From an uncultured Chloroflexia bacterium (GTDB lineage: Bacteria > Chloroflexota > Limnocylindria > Limnocylindrales > CSP1-4): a DNA stretch of 64,000 bases. A program made the position numbers and the translations under genes. Shown here piece after piece: positions 21,055 through 31,308 of this stretch (within the stretch, counting starts at the first letter, position 1; each line of letters starts with the position of its first letter). The notes beneath the pieces are model-generated. The model searched no databases. It had not been told where the DNA came from and was given only the letters and a program-made list of their open reading frames with translations. Location of the stretch: contig OY970218.1 in assembly GCA_963713975.1 (NCBI GenBank), forward strand, positions 1,120,001-1,184,000, given 5' to 3'.

Positions 21055-21168
21055 ATGGACCATCGCGACCTCCGGGAGCGCCTCACCGGGGCGGGCTGCA
21101 CCTCGTGCGGCACGGCAATCGCCGCTCGCCTCTTTATTGTCCAGGCCGATGCCCGGGGGCACGCGTGA
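21055..21168 (+). CDS. 37-aa mini-ORF with a single CxxC (possible zinc-ribbon remnant)
   Basis: MDHRDLRERLTGAGCTSCGTAIAARLFIVQADARGHA*, TAGACT -10 8 nt upstream, GTGA overlap with the next gene. Confidence 0.45.
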   Translation: MDHRDLRERLTGAGCTSCGTAIAARLFIVQADARGHA

Positions 21169-21839
21169 CGGCGTCGGCGGTCGGGCGGCCGGCCTTCGCC
21201 CATGCCAGCGAGGCCGAGTTGGCGCGGATCCTGGACTTCTACGACGTGCGCTGGACCTACGAGCCGGACACGTTCCCCATCGGCTGGTCCATGGCCGGGG
21301 AGGTCGTGGAGAGTTTCGCGCCGGACTTCTACCTGCCGGACCTTGACCTCTACGTGGAGCTCACGACGCTCAAGCAGCGGCTGGTGCGCAAGAAGAACCG
21401 CAAGCTGCGACGCCTGCGCGAGCTGTACCCGGACGTCCGCATCAAGCTGTTCTACGGGCGCGACTTCCGGATGCTGCTGCTCAAGTTCGGACGGCTGGCG
21501 CTTCTGGACGACCTCTCGGGGACGACCGGCCAGGCGACGCCGCCCCGTACCGCGGACCGGATCGTCCGCGAGGCCGGCATCGCCGCCGGAATGGGCCTGG
21601 CGGACGTGATCGTCCAGGGCATGGCCGACCCGCCGACCTCCACCGCGGACGCCGACGCACGACCCGAAGACGATCCGGACGTCGCCCTGACGCGCGCGGT
21701 GGGCTCCTCCACGACACCCCGTGGCCGCAGGCGCGGCCGGCGCCGGCCAAGGAGCGCCGCGATGTCCACTGCGATGTCCGCCGTGGGATCGCCGGCGCCG
21801 GACGTGACGGGTGCCGCCGCAGGCCGGGATCTCACGTGA
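21165..21839 (+). CDS. Hypothetical protein, PD-(D/E)XK nuclease-like
   Basis: FAHASEAELARILDFY..W.YEP...FAPDFYLPDLDLYVELTT. Confidence 0.7.
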   Translation: MTASAVGRPAFAHASEAELARILDFYDVRWTYEPDTFPIGWSMAGEVVESFAPDFYLPDLDLYVELTTLKQRLVRKKNRKLRRLRELYPDVRIKLFYGRDFRMLLLKFGRLALLDDLSGTTGQATPPRTADRIVREAGIAAGMGLADVIVQGMADPPTSTADADARPEDDPDVALTRAVGSSTTPRGRRRGRRRPRSAAMSTAMSAVGSPAPDVTGAAAGRDLT

Positions 21840-21930
21840 TTGCCAATGGGGGCGTGCGCCGCGGCGCCGGAGGCGCGATCATCGACCGGTACCCCAACCC
21901 ACTCCACGTGGAGGCAGCGTCGACCCACCC

Positions 21931-22497
21931 ATGACCCGCACCGCCGATCTCCAGGCCGACATCGGAGAGATCCTGCTCAGCGAGGAGGCCATCGCCACCC
22001 GCGTTGCCGAGCTGGGCCGCCAGATCGCCATCGACTACGCCGGCCGCAACCTGACGCTCGTCTCCGTGCTCAAGGGGTCGCTGCCGTTCATGGCCGACCT
22101 CATGCGCCAGATCTCGCTGCCGCTCCGCATCGACCTCATGGAGGTCAGCTCCTACGGCGGCACCGCCACCGAGTCGTCCGGCCTCGTCCGGATCATCAAG
22201 GACCTCTCGGCGAGCATCGCCGACGAGGACGTCCTCTTGGTCGAGGACATCATCGACACCGGCCTCACGCTCAACTACCTCGTGCGCTACCTGCGCGGCA
22301 AGAACCCGGCGTCCCTGCGAATCTGCACCCTGCTGGACAAGCCCGCCCGCAGGCTCGTGGACATCCCGGTCGACTACCAGGGCTTTGAGATCCCGGACCA
22401 GTTCGTGGTCGGCTACGGCCTCGACTACGCCGAGCGGTACCGGAACCTGCGCTTCGTGGGCGTGCTCCGCCCCGAGGTCTACTCGCCGGCCGAGTGA
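21931..22497 (+). CDS. hpt: Hypoxanthine phosphoribosyltransferase
   Basis: VLKGS..FMADL, VSSYG, LLVEDIIDTGLTL, FVVGYGLDY. Confidence 0.96.
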   Translation: MTRTADLQADIGEILLSEEAIATRVAELGRQIAIDYAGRNLTLVSVLKGSLPFMADLMRQISLPLRIDLMEVSSYGGTATESSGLVRIIKDLSASIADEDVLLVEDIIDTGLTLNYLVRYLRGKNPASLRICTLLDKPARRLVDIPVDYQGFEIPDQFVVGYGLDYAERYRNLRFVGVLRPEVYSPAE

Positions 22498-22919
22498 TGC
22501 ACTCGCGACCCCTCGGCAACGGACGCAGGCTCGCGCTCCTGGGCGCGATCATCCTGGTCGTGGGCTGCCTCCTGCCGTGGTACACCGTCGGCGGGGACGG
22601 CGGCCTGCCGGCCGAGGCATACCGCGCCTTCACCTATCCGCAGGGCCTGGTCGCGCTCTTGGCCGGCCTCGGCACGCTGGCGCTGATCGCCCTGCCCTAC
22701 GCGGCGGGCGCACGTCCGCTCGCGATCGACCGCGGCATCGTCTTCGGCGTGCTGGCGGCCGCGGCGATCCTTGGCGTCGTCCTCTGGATCCCGGCGGTGC
22801 TCGACGCGCCCGAGGGACTCCTCCCGGACCGTGCCTACGGCTTCTGGATCTCGGCGGTCGGGGCGATCCTCATGGGACGCGGGGCGTTCGAGATCTCGCA
22901 GGAGCCTCCCCGCCGATAG
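22494..22919 (+). CDS. Hypothetical membrane protein (about 4 TM)
   Basis: Hydrophobic ORF coupled to hpt, LPWY motif. Confidence 0.75.
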   Translation: MMHSRPLGNGRRLALLGAIILVVGCLLPWYTVGGDGGLPAEAYRAFTYPQGLVALLAGLGTLALIALPYAAGARPLAIDRGIVFGVLAAAAILGVVLWIPAVLDAPEGLLPDRAYGFWISAVGAILMGRGAFEISQEPPRR

Positions 22920-22961
22920 CGTGCAGGCCGGGGCAGGCGCGCCACCGGACAGCGGCTGCGG

Positions 22962-23707
<746 letters not shown>

Positions 23708-23711
<4 letters not shown>

Positions 23712-24721
23712 ACCGCAGGTGCTCCCAGGTAGGCTTCGACGACTCGGGGGTCCTTGCGGACCTCCTCGGGCGTTCCCTCGGCGATCTTCTCGCCATGATC
23801 GAGGACCGTCACCCGGTCGCTGATGCCCATGACGAGCTTCATGTCGTGCTCGATCAGCAGGATCGTGAGCCCGAGGTCGTCGCGGAGCCGGGAGATGAGG
23901 GCGACCAGGTCCATGGTCTCCTTGGGGTTCATGCCGGCCGCCGGCTCGTCCAGGAGCAGGAGCGTGGGTACCGCCGCGAGGGCACGGGCGATCTCCAGCC
24001 GCCGCTGGTCGCCGTACGGGAGATTACGGGCGAGCTCGTTGCCCTTGCCGCCGAGGCTGACCAGCGTCAGCAGCTCGTTCGCACGGTTGAGGGCGGCCGC
24101 CTCCTCCGCCTGCATCCCGCGCGTGTTGAACATCGCGGTCACGAGGTTGCCGTGCGTCTTGGTGTGCATGCCCACGAGCACGTTCTCGATCGCGGACATG
24201 TTCTTGAACAGGCGGATGTTCTGGAACGTGCGGCCCACGCCCGCCTCGACCATGTCGTTCGGCCGGGCGCTGCGGAAGATGCCTACTCGCTCGAGACGCT
24301 TGTGGTACCAGACCGGCCGGATGATCGAGAGCAGGAGGGTCGCGACCAGCAGCCCCACGACTGCCAGCCCAACCAGCGCGAGCGGTCGCCCGCTGAGGAT
24401 CCCCGCCTGCGCCAGGGCGAAGGCGCCGAGCCCCAGGATGATGGACGGCAGCACCCAGACGAGCGACTCGTAGGCGATCCGCTCCGGCCTGGCGATCATC
24501 CGCCGGCCGTGGAACTCCACGCTGCCGCTCGTCGGGTCGATGACGCCGAGCAGGACGTTGAAGAACGTGGTCTTGCCCGCCCCGTTGGGACCGATGAGGC
24601 TCACGATCGAGCGCTCCGGGATGGTGAAATCCACGTCGCTGACGGCCACCAGGCCGCCGAACTGCCGGGTCACCTTGTTCGCGACGAGGATCGGCTTGTT
24701 GTCGAGCACGCTGCCGCTCAT
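23708..24721 (-). CDS. livG: Branched-chain amino acid ABC ATP-binding protein with inserted hydrophobic hairpin
   Basis: FGGLVAV, GPNGAGKTT, RTFQNIRLF, LPYGDQRRLEIARAL, DEPAAGMN. Start at ATG 24721. Confidence 0.9.
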
Positions 24722-25935
24722 CGCTGGCCTTCCTCGGTGGTGCCCTCGGCCGTTGTGAGCGCGTCCTCCTCCGGCATGGTGACGGCCGTGTGGAGCTCGC
24801 GCTTGCGCCGGCTGTTCGGGAACAGGCCCTCGGGTCTCACAAGCATCATCGCGACCAGCGCCAGGCCGTAGAGCAGGAACTGGAGCTGGATGAAGTCGAC
24901 GTCCTTGAGGATCGGGATCCCGGTCGCGTCGAAGAACTGGTTGAGCGACTTGAGGACCACGTTGTTGATCGTGTAGATCACGAACGCGCCGATGGCAACG
25001 CCCCAGAAGTTGCCCATGCCGCCCAGCACCACCATGGCCAGCACCGTGAAGGACACGATGAAGGTGAACTGGTCGGGGCTCACGGTGACGAGCTTGGAGG
25101 CGTTGAACACTCCGGCGACGCCGGCCACGGACGCGCCGAGCGCGAATGCGAGCAGCTTGGTCGTGACGGTGTTGATGCCGTTGGCGGCGGCGGCCAACTC
25201 GTCTTCCCGGATCGCCTCCCAGGCACGGCCAAGACGGCTCTCGACCAGCCGGTAGCACATGATCATGACGCCGGTCACGAGCACGAGCATCGTCACGTAG
25301 TAGGGCCACGGGTTGATGGCCGAGAACGAGCCGATGATCGGCAGGGACGGCCGGAGCAGGCCACCGATGCCGTTGGTCCCGTTGGTGACGGCGTCGGAGT
25401 TGAGGAACACGATCGGGACGATCTCGCCGAAGCCGAGGGTCACGATGGCGAGGTAGTCACCCCGGAGCCGCAGCGTCGGCGCTCCCAGCAGGATGCCGAA
25501 GGTCGCCGCGACCAGCGCTCCGACGAGAAGCATCGGCCAGAACGCCAGGCCACCGACATCGGTGCCGAGACTCTCCACGATGTTGATGCCCAGGATCCCG
25601 TTGCCGAACGGGGACGCGACATAGGCGTAGGTGTAGGCGCCGATGGCGAAGAAGGCCGCGTACCCGAGGTCCAGCAGGCCTGCGACCCCGACCACCAGGT
25701 TGAGGCCCAGCGCGAGCAGGACGAAGACGCCCGCGTTGGTGAACCCGTCGATCCAGGCGTTGTACGGCTGGGCCATTGTGAACAGGGGGAAGACGGCGAT
25801 CAGCGGCAGCAGGGCGCCGACGAGCGCCATGCCCACCAGGATCGTCCATGACCGGTGCCGCGAGGCACGAGCACGAAGCGGGGCGAAGCGCGGTCCGCCC
25901 GCGGGCCGGGGAGCGACGTCTGTCGCGGCGCTCAT
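24718..25935 (-). CDS. livM: Branched-chain amino acid ABC permease
   Basis: GLNLVVGVAGLLDLGYAAF, LRLRGDYLAIVTLGFGEI, AIREDELAA. Confidence 0.93.
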   Translation of the reverse strand: MSAATDVAPRPAGGPRFAPLRARASRHRSWTILVGMALVGALLPLIAVFPLFTMAQPYNAWIDGFTNAGVFVLLALGLNLVVGVAGLLDLGYAAFFAIGAYTYAYVASPFGNGILGINIVESLGTDVGGLAFWPMLLVGALVAATFGILLGAPTLRLRGDYLAIVTLGFGEIVPIVFLNSDAVTNGTNGIGGLLRPSLPIIGSFSAINPWPYYVTMLVLVTGVMIMCYRLVESRLGRAWEAIREDELAAAANGINTVTTKLLAFALGASVAGVAGVFNASKLVTVSPDQFTFIVSFTVLAMVVLGGMGNFWGVAIGAFVIYTINNVVLKSLNQFFDATGIPILKDVDFIQLQFLLYGLALVAMMLVRPEGLFPNSRRKRELHTAVTMPEEDALTTAEGTTEEGQR

Positions 25936-26978
25936 GCCCGCTCTCCCAGCTGCTGTCCGAGCAGGCCGGACGGCCGGAAGACGAGGACGATAACCAGCAC
26001 GCCAAACACGATGGCCGGGCCCCAGCGCGTGAAGCCCATGGCGGTCGCACCGACCTCGATGAACCCGATCATGAAGCCGCCCAGGGCCGCGCCGACCGTG
26101 TTGCCGATGCCGCCCAGGACGGCGGCGGTGAAGGCCTTGAGACCCGCCTGGAAGCCGTCGTCGAACCGTGCGACGCCGTACTGCAGGCCGTTGACGACGC
26201 CCGCGGCACCCGCCAGTGCGGAGCCGATCAGGAAGGTGATCGCGATGGTGCGGCTGATGTTCACGCCCATCAGCGAGGCGGCGTCGCGGTCCGCGGCGGT
26301 GGAGCGCATCGCGCGGCCGAGCCGGGTGCGCCCGATGAACATCTGCAGCGCGATCATCATCATGACCGCGACCGTGATGATGAAGATGCTGAGTACCGGG
26401 ATCGAGGCGTTGCCGACGCTGATCACCCAGGTGTCAGGGAAGACCTTCGGCGAGTTCGTCTGGAAAGGGCCGTACACCAGCTGCACGAGGTTCTGCAGGA
26501 TGAATGAGACGCCGATGGCGGTGATGAGCGGGGCGAGGCGCGGGGCCTGTCGCAGCGGCTTGTAGGCGTAGCGCTCGATGGTGACGCCGACCAGGGCCAG
26601 GATGGTCATGGTCACGGCGAAGGTGGCCACGAGGGTTCCGATCAGCACGGGGATGTCCGTGATGGCGCCTTGGATCCCGAGGATCTGGCCGAGGAAGGTC
26701 AGGCTTACGAACGCGCCCACCATGAACATGTCGCCGTGCGCGAAGTTGATGAGCTCGATGATGCCGTAGACCATCGTGTAGCCCAGCGCGATCAGCGCAT
26801 AGATCGCGCCGCGGGTCAGGGCGTTGACGAGCTGCTCGATCGCCTGCTCGGTGCCCATGTTGGTGACCGCAATCCACGCGATCCCGATCAGGATCGCGGC
26901 GAGCACGAGCAGTCGGGGTGCTCGTCCCGTGGGCACGCGGGCGCGCCCGACGTCGCTGGTCGCGGGGAGTGCCGTCAT
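25932..26978 (-). CDS. livH: Branched-chain amino acid ABC permease
   Basis: YALIALGYTMVYGIIELINFAHG, GLKAFTAAVLGGIG. Confidence 0.93.
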   Translation of the reverse strand: MTALPATSDVGRARVPTGRAPRLLVLAAILIGIAWIAVTNMGTEQAIEQLVNALTRGAIYALIALGYTMVYGIIELINFAHGDMFMVGAFVSLTFLGQILGIQGAITDIPVLIGTLVATFAVTMTILALVGVTIERYAYKPLRQAPRLAPLITAIGVSFILQNLVQLVYGPFQTNSPKVFPDTWVISVGNASIPVLSIFIITVAVMMMIALQMFIGRTRLGRAMRSTAADRDAASLMGVNISRTIAITFLIGSALAGAAGVVNGLQYGVARFDDGFQAGLKAFTAAVLGGIGNTVGAALGGFMIGFIEVGATAMGFTRWGPAIVFGVLVIVLVFRPSGLLGQQLGERA

Positions 26979-27023
26979 GGGGTTCTCCGCTGCGCGTTGG
27001 AGTCTGGACACGCGAGAGCCGGT

Positions 27024-27067
27024 AAGAAAAGCGAGAGCCGGGAAGCCCGGTGGGCTCCCGGCTCTCG
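27024..27067 (-). terminator. Intrinsic terminator/attenuator between livK and livH
   Basis: Minus-strand hairpin CGAGAGCCGGGAGCCC...GGCTTCCCGGCTCTCG followed by CTTTTCTT. Confidence 0.75.
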
Positions 27068-27087
27068 ATCAGGTCCGGGTGCGGACT

Positions 27088-28308
27088 CTACTCGCCGTAG
27101 TTCACCTGGGAATCGAAGACCCAGTTCGGGTCAGGGAGGGTGAGGTCCGACTTGTAGAGGGAGATGATCTTCTGGTTGGTGTCGCCAACCGAGTCGAACT
27201 TGATGGGACCGAGAACGGTCTCGAAGGTCGTCTCCGGGTTCACGCCCGCGGCGCGGACGGTCTCGCGGGTGACGTCGCCCTTGGCGGCGGCATCCTTGAT
27301 GGCCTGGAGCACGATCTGGGCGCAGGCGTAGCCGGAGGCGCTGTAGGCGCCGGCGTCGACGCCGTACTCAGCCTTGTACTTGGCGTTGAAGTCCGCCTTG
27401 CCCGGGTACTCCGCGATGGCGGCGACCGAGCTGAAGGAGTTGGCACCGCCATCGCCGGCGATGTTGAGGAACGAGCCGTCCACCGAGGCGGGGCCATCCT
27501 GGATGCCGTCGCCGCCGAGGTACGGGAGATCGCCGAGGCCGACCTGGGGCATCTGCTTGCGCACGAGGCCGCCACCGGTCGCCGTCACGCCGCCGTAGAA
27601 CACGGCGTCGGGGGCGGCGTCCTTGAACTTGGTGAGGATCGCGGTGTAGTCGGTGGTGCCCTTCGGGGCGCCCTCACGACCGACAACCTCGCCACCCAGC
27701 TTGGTCCACTCGTCCGCGAACGCGTCCGCGAGGCCCTTGCCGTAGGTCTCGGTGTCATCGATGATCGCGACCTTCTTCAGGCCGAGCGTCTCGACGCCGT
27801 ACGTCGCGACGGCGGGACCCTGGATATCGTCCGTCGCGGCGACGCGGACGTAGTTGATCAGGTCCGGGTTCTTGGCGCGCAGCTCCCTGCCGGCGTCACC
27901 CTTGGTGAGGTCCGGGTTGGTGTTGGCGGGCGAGCACTGGAACAGGCCGGCCTCGTTCGAGATCGGGATCTGCACCTTGGCCACGGACGAGTTGAACGGC
28001 CCGACCACGCCGACGACGGCAGTGTCGGCGGCGAAGGACGTCATGTCCTTGGCGCCCTGCTGCGGGTCGTGGACGCCGTTGACGGCGTGGTCGAGGATCA
28101 CCGTCTCGACGGTGTAGCCGTCAAGCTTGAAATCCTTGATGGCGAGCAGCGCCCCATCGCGGGCCGGTCCGGCGCTGGCGAGTGCCGAGCCCGACAGCGG
28201 GAGCGTGATCCCGACCTTGAGGTCCTTGTTGCCGCCGCCCGCTCCACCGCAGGCACTGACGACGATGGCCGCGGCCGCGACGGCCGCGCCCACACGCGCG
28301 AACTTCAT
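27088..28308 (-). CDS. livK: Branched-chain amino acid ABC substrate-binding lipoprotein
   Basis: GGAGG RBS, lipobox VSAC, VVGPFNSSVA, SPANTNPDLT, DDIQG. Confidence 0.92.
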   Translation of the reverse strand: MKFARVGAAVAAAAIVVSACGGAGGGNKDLKVGITLPLSGSALASAGPARDGALLAIKDFKLDGYTVETVILDHAVNGVHDPQQGAKDMTSFAADTAVVGVVGPFNSSVAKVQIPISNEAGLFQCSPANTNPDLTKGDAGRELRAKNPDLINYVRVAATDDIQGPAVATYGVETLGLKKVAIIDDTETYGKGLADAFADEWTKLGGEVVGREGAPKGTTDYTAILTKFKDAAPDAVFYGGVTATGGGLVRKQMPQVGLGDLPYLGGDGIQDGPASVDGSFLNIAGDGGANSFSSVAAIAEYPGKADFNAKYKAEYGVDAGAYSASGYACAQIVLQAIKDAAAKGDVTRETVRAAGVNPETTFETVLGPIKFDSVGDTNQKIISLYKSDLTLPDPNWVFDSQVNYGE

Positions 28309-28471
28309 TGACGCCTCCTCCATTTCCCCTCGTCTGTGCGCCGGTCTTCCGTAGCCCGGAGCCGTATCGACGTCCCAGGTGGCCGAGGTGGACAGACCCG
28401 GCGCGGCGGTGACGGCGAAACGGGACGAGGGACCCAAACGCCAACCGCGAAGCGCGGCAAGGCGATGCCGT

Positions 28472-28516
28472 ATGATAAGCGTCGGCGACGGGGATGCAAG
28501 GGTTGTCCTTTGCATC
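28472..28516 (-). promoter_or_regulatory. liv promoter with palindrome over the -35
   Basis: TTGCAT-N16-TATCAT. Inverted repeat GATGCAAGGG-TTGT-CCTTTGCATC at 28493-28516. Confidence 0.55.
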
Positions 28517-28681
28517 AATCTCATCTGCCACTTTCGCTCCGGGACGGCTGTTCGAGCCTAGAGTCGCTCGCCTCCCGGGCGCCCTCATTCGCGGCCAGGC
28601 GCGGGGCCGACCACCCGAACGGCAATTGCCCAGGGGTTCTCGCGCAGGGATCGCATCGCTGCACGAGGTCGTGACCACGGC

Positions 28682-29140
28682 GTGGAGTACCTGATCCGCC
28701 AGGCCCGCATCACCGACATCGACCGCCTGGCCGCCATCGGCCGACGGGCGATGGCGGGAGCCGGCTCCGGGTCGCTCGACGCCGCGGACCTGCTCCGGCA
28801 GCTCGTCTATCTACCGAACGCGAGCCTGCTCGTCGCCGAGACGCGGCGGGAGATCGTGGGCGGGGCACTGCTCGTCCTGCGTCCGTCGGTCATCTCCGGC
28901 GGCTACGTCGGGACCCTGGACTTCCTGATCACCGCCCCGGACCACGATGCGGATCGCGTCACGAGCGCGCTCCTCGAAGAGCTGCTTCGCTCCGCGGGCA
29001 ACAAGGGCTGCACCGTCGTGGAGGCAGCCCTGCCTTCGGATCCTGTGAGCCTCGCGCGCCTCGAGCGCGCAGGGTTCGCCCCCGCCGGACCAACGCTCCG
29101 GCGGCCACTCGCGGTGGCCGGGTCGAGCCGCCGCCAATAG
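28682..29140 (+). CDS. GNAT-family N-acetyltransferase
   Basis: IRQARITD, LLVAE...IVG, LERAGF pattern. Confidence 0.7.
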   Translation: MEYLIRQARITDIDRLAAIGRRAMAGAGSGSLDAADLLRQLVYLPNASLLVAETRREIVGGALLVLRPSVISGGYVGTLDFLITAPDHDADRVTSALLEELLRSAGNKGCTVVEAALPSDPVSLARLERAGFAPAGPTLRRPLAVAGSSRRQ

Positions 29141-29194
29141 CGCCCACCGGGTGACCCGGACCAACGGGTCCACCCCATCACAGTAGGAGTCAAT

Positions 29195-31285
29195 GTGGGG
29201 AAGAACGTCGCCGTCTTCGTGGACGTGGCGAACATCTTCTACGCGGCCAAGGCGGCCGGCGTGGATATCGACTACGTCACGCTCTTGAAGTCGGCTACCG
29301 CCGGACGTGATTTCGTCCGCGCCTACGCCTACACCGGGCTCGACCCGGACAACGAGAACCAGCGCAACTTCCACCAGTTCCTCGCCCGCCACTCGTACAA
29401 GGTCGTGAGCAAGGACATCCGCAAGTACGGCGACGGCAAGGTCAAGGCGAACCTCGACATCGAGCTCGTGGTCGACATGATGAAGACCGCGCGCAACCTG
29501 GATGTCGCCGTCATCGTGTCGGGCGACGGAGACTTCGCTCCGGCGATCCGTGCCGTCCAGGAGATGGGGGTCCGCGTCGAGGTCATCAGCTTCCGCGGCA
29601 ATACCTCGTCCGACCTGATCGAGGCGGCGGACCTGTTCACGGACATCATCCACATCGCCAAGGTCGACAAGAGCTCCGGCCGTTCCGGTCGCCGCGTCGC
29701 AGGCGACGACGAGGACCTGTCCATGACCGAGGTCCCCGACAAGATGACCGAAGGGACCGGACGTGGTCGTGGTCGTGGCCGTGGCCGCGGTCGTGACGAC
29801 GTCGCAGGATCCCGCGGACGCGGTCGTGACCGTGACCGGGATCGCGAGGAGGTCGCGGCAGCTCCGGTCGCGGCAACCGGTGGCCAGCTCGTGGCCTTGC
29901 CCGGCGAGAAGCTCTCGCGGGCCGCCTCGGCGGCGCCCGGGGAGGAGGCGGAGGACCTCGAACCGCCTGCCGAGGTCCTGGACGGCGACGGCGTCATCGG
30001 GGCAGATGAGACCGCCGAGGGCGAGGGCCGCCGACGACGCCGCCGCCGCGGTGGCCGGGGCCGCGGCCGTGGCCGGCAGGAGGGAACCGATCTCGAGGGC
30101 GAGGTGACTGCGGGCGAGACCGCCGAGGGCCAGGACCAGGATCTGCCCGTCGACGACGCAGAGGCTGACGAGGTTGTCGGCGCGGAGGCCGCCGAGGACG
30201 ACGCGCTGGTCGCCGAGGTCCAGCCGGAACCGGCACCGCAGCGTGGACGTGGCCGGTCGACGACCGCGCGCACGCCATCCGGCGAGCTGCCGACCCCGTT
30301 CGATGATCTCGATGCCCTGGCAGCCCCGCGGCGCGCGCCGCGGTCAACGCCGTTCGGATCGGTCTGGGACCGCCAGCTGGGTACGCCATCGGCGCGTCCC
30401 GCGGCCGACCTCGCACCGCTCCCGGACGACGAGGAGGACCTGGACGAGCCGGAGATCCCGGAGTACCTGCTCGCGGAGCGCCGTCGCGGCCAGGGCGGCC
30501 GGAGCCAGGGCGGCCGCGGCCAGGGTGGCCGTGGCGGTTCTCGCAGCGCCTACTCGGCCGCGATCGAGCGGGAGCGCTACGGTGGCTCTCGGGGAGCTCC
30601 CACCAGCCGGTACGCGGAGCCGGCTCGTGGCGGCCAAGGCGGCCGGGGTGGCGGTGGCCAGGGTGGGCAGCAGCCCGTCCGCGGTCCTCGCGGAGATCGA
30701 CCCGACAGGATCGATCGGGCTCCGCGCAGCGGCCAGGAGTGGAGCGAGGTGCCGCCGGAGCTCGAGGAGCTCCTCCGGGCCCAGCAGCTCCGGAACCAGC
30801 CTGCCGCCGGCCCGGCACCGGCCAAGGCCGCGCCGAGGCGCCGGACGACCCGCAAGCCGGCAGCTGACGCTACGGCAGCGGCCGAGCCCGCGGTCGTGTC
30901 CACCGACGCCGAGGCGGCACCGGCCAAGGCCGCGCCGAAGCGCCGGACGACCCGCAAGCCGGCAGCTGACGCTACGGCAGCGGCCGAGCCCGCGGTCGTG
31001 TCCACCGACGCCGAGGCGGCACCGGCCAAGGCCGCGCCGAAGCGCCGGACGACCCGCAAGCCGGCAGCTGACGCTACGGCAGCGGCCGAGCCCGCGGTCG
31101 TGTCCACCGACGCCGAGGCGGCACCGGCCAAGGCCGCGCCGAAGCGCCGGACGACCCGCAAGCCGGCAGCTGACGCTACGGCAGCGGCCGAGCCCGCGGT
31201 CGTGTCCACCGACGCCGAGGCGGCACCGGCCAAGGCCGCGCCGAAGCGCCGGACGACCCGCAAGCCGGCAGCAGCCGAGGGCTGA
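29195..31285 (+). CDS. NYN (LabA/DUF88) domain protein with very long disordered tail
   Basis: VAVFVDVANIFY, KANLDIELVVD, VSGDGDF, SSDLIEAADLF, followed by RG-rich, acidic and repeat regions. Confidence 0.88.
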   Translation: MGKNVAVFVDVANIFYAAKAAGVDIDYVTLLKSATAGRDFVRAYAYTGLDPDNENQRNFHQFLARHSYKVVSKDIRKYGDGKVKANLDIELVVDMMKTARNLDVAVIVSGDGDFAPAIRAVQEMGVRVEVISFRGNTSSDLIEAADLFTDIIHIAKVDKSSGRSGRRVAGDDEDLSMTEVPDKMTEGTGRGRGRGRGRGRDDVAGSRGRGRDRDRDREEVAAAPVAATGGQLVALPGEKLSRAASAAPGEEAEDLEPPAEVLDGDGVIGADETAEGEGRRRRRRRGGRGRGRGRQEGTDLEGEVTAGETAEGQDQDLPVDDAEADEVVGAEAAEDDALVAEVQPEPAPQRGRGRSTTARTPSGELPTPFDDLDALAAPRRAPRSTPFGSVWDRQLGTPSARPAADLAPLPDDEEDLDEPEIPEYLLAERRRGQGGRSQGGRGQGGRGGSRSAYSAAIERERYGGSRGAPTSRYAEPARGGQGGRGGGGQGGQQPVRGPRGDRPDRIDRAPRSGQEWSEVPPELEELLRAQQLRNQPAAGPAPAKAAPRRRTTRKPAADATAAAEPAVVSTDAEAAPAKAAPKRRTTRKPAADATAAAEPAVVSTDAEAAPAKAAPKRRTTRKPAADATAAAEPAVVSTDAEAAPAKAAPKRRTTRKPAADATAAAEPAVVSTDAEAAPAKAAPKRRTTRKPAAAEG
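30815..31272 (+). repeat. 102-bp tandem repeat, about 4.5 copies, in frame (34 aa)
   Basis: Units start at 30815, 30917, 31019, 31121 and 31223 and encode APAKAAPKRRTTRKPAADATAAAEPAVVSTDAEA. Confidence 0.95.
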
Positions 31286-31308
31286 GCCCCGGCGAACGCG
31301 AGAGCAGC

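Noticed and set aside
30815-31272. Tandem repeat as a CRISPR array
   Set aside because: No unique spacers, the unit is 102 bp and in frame within a CDS, and there are no cas genes.
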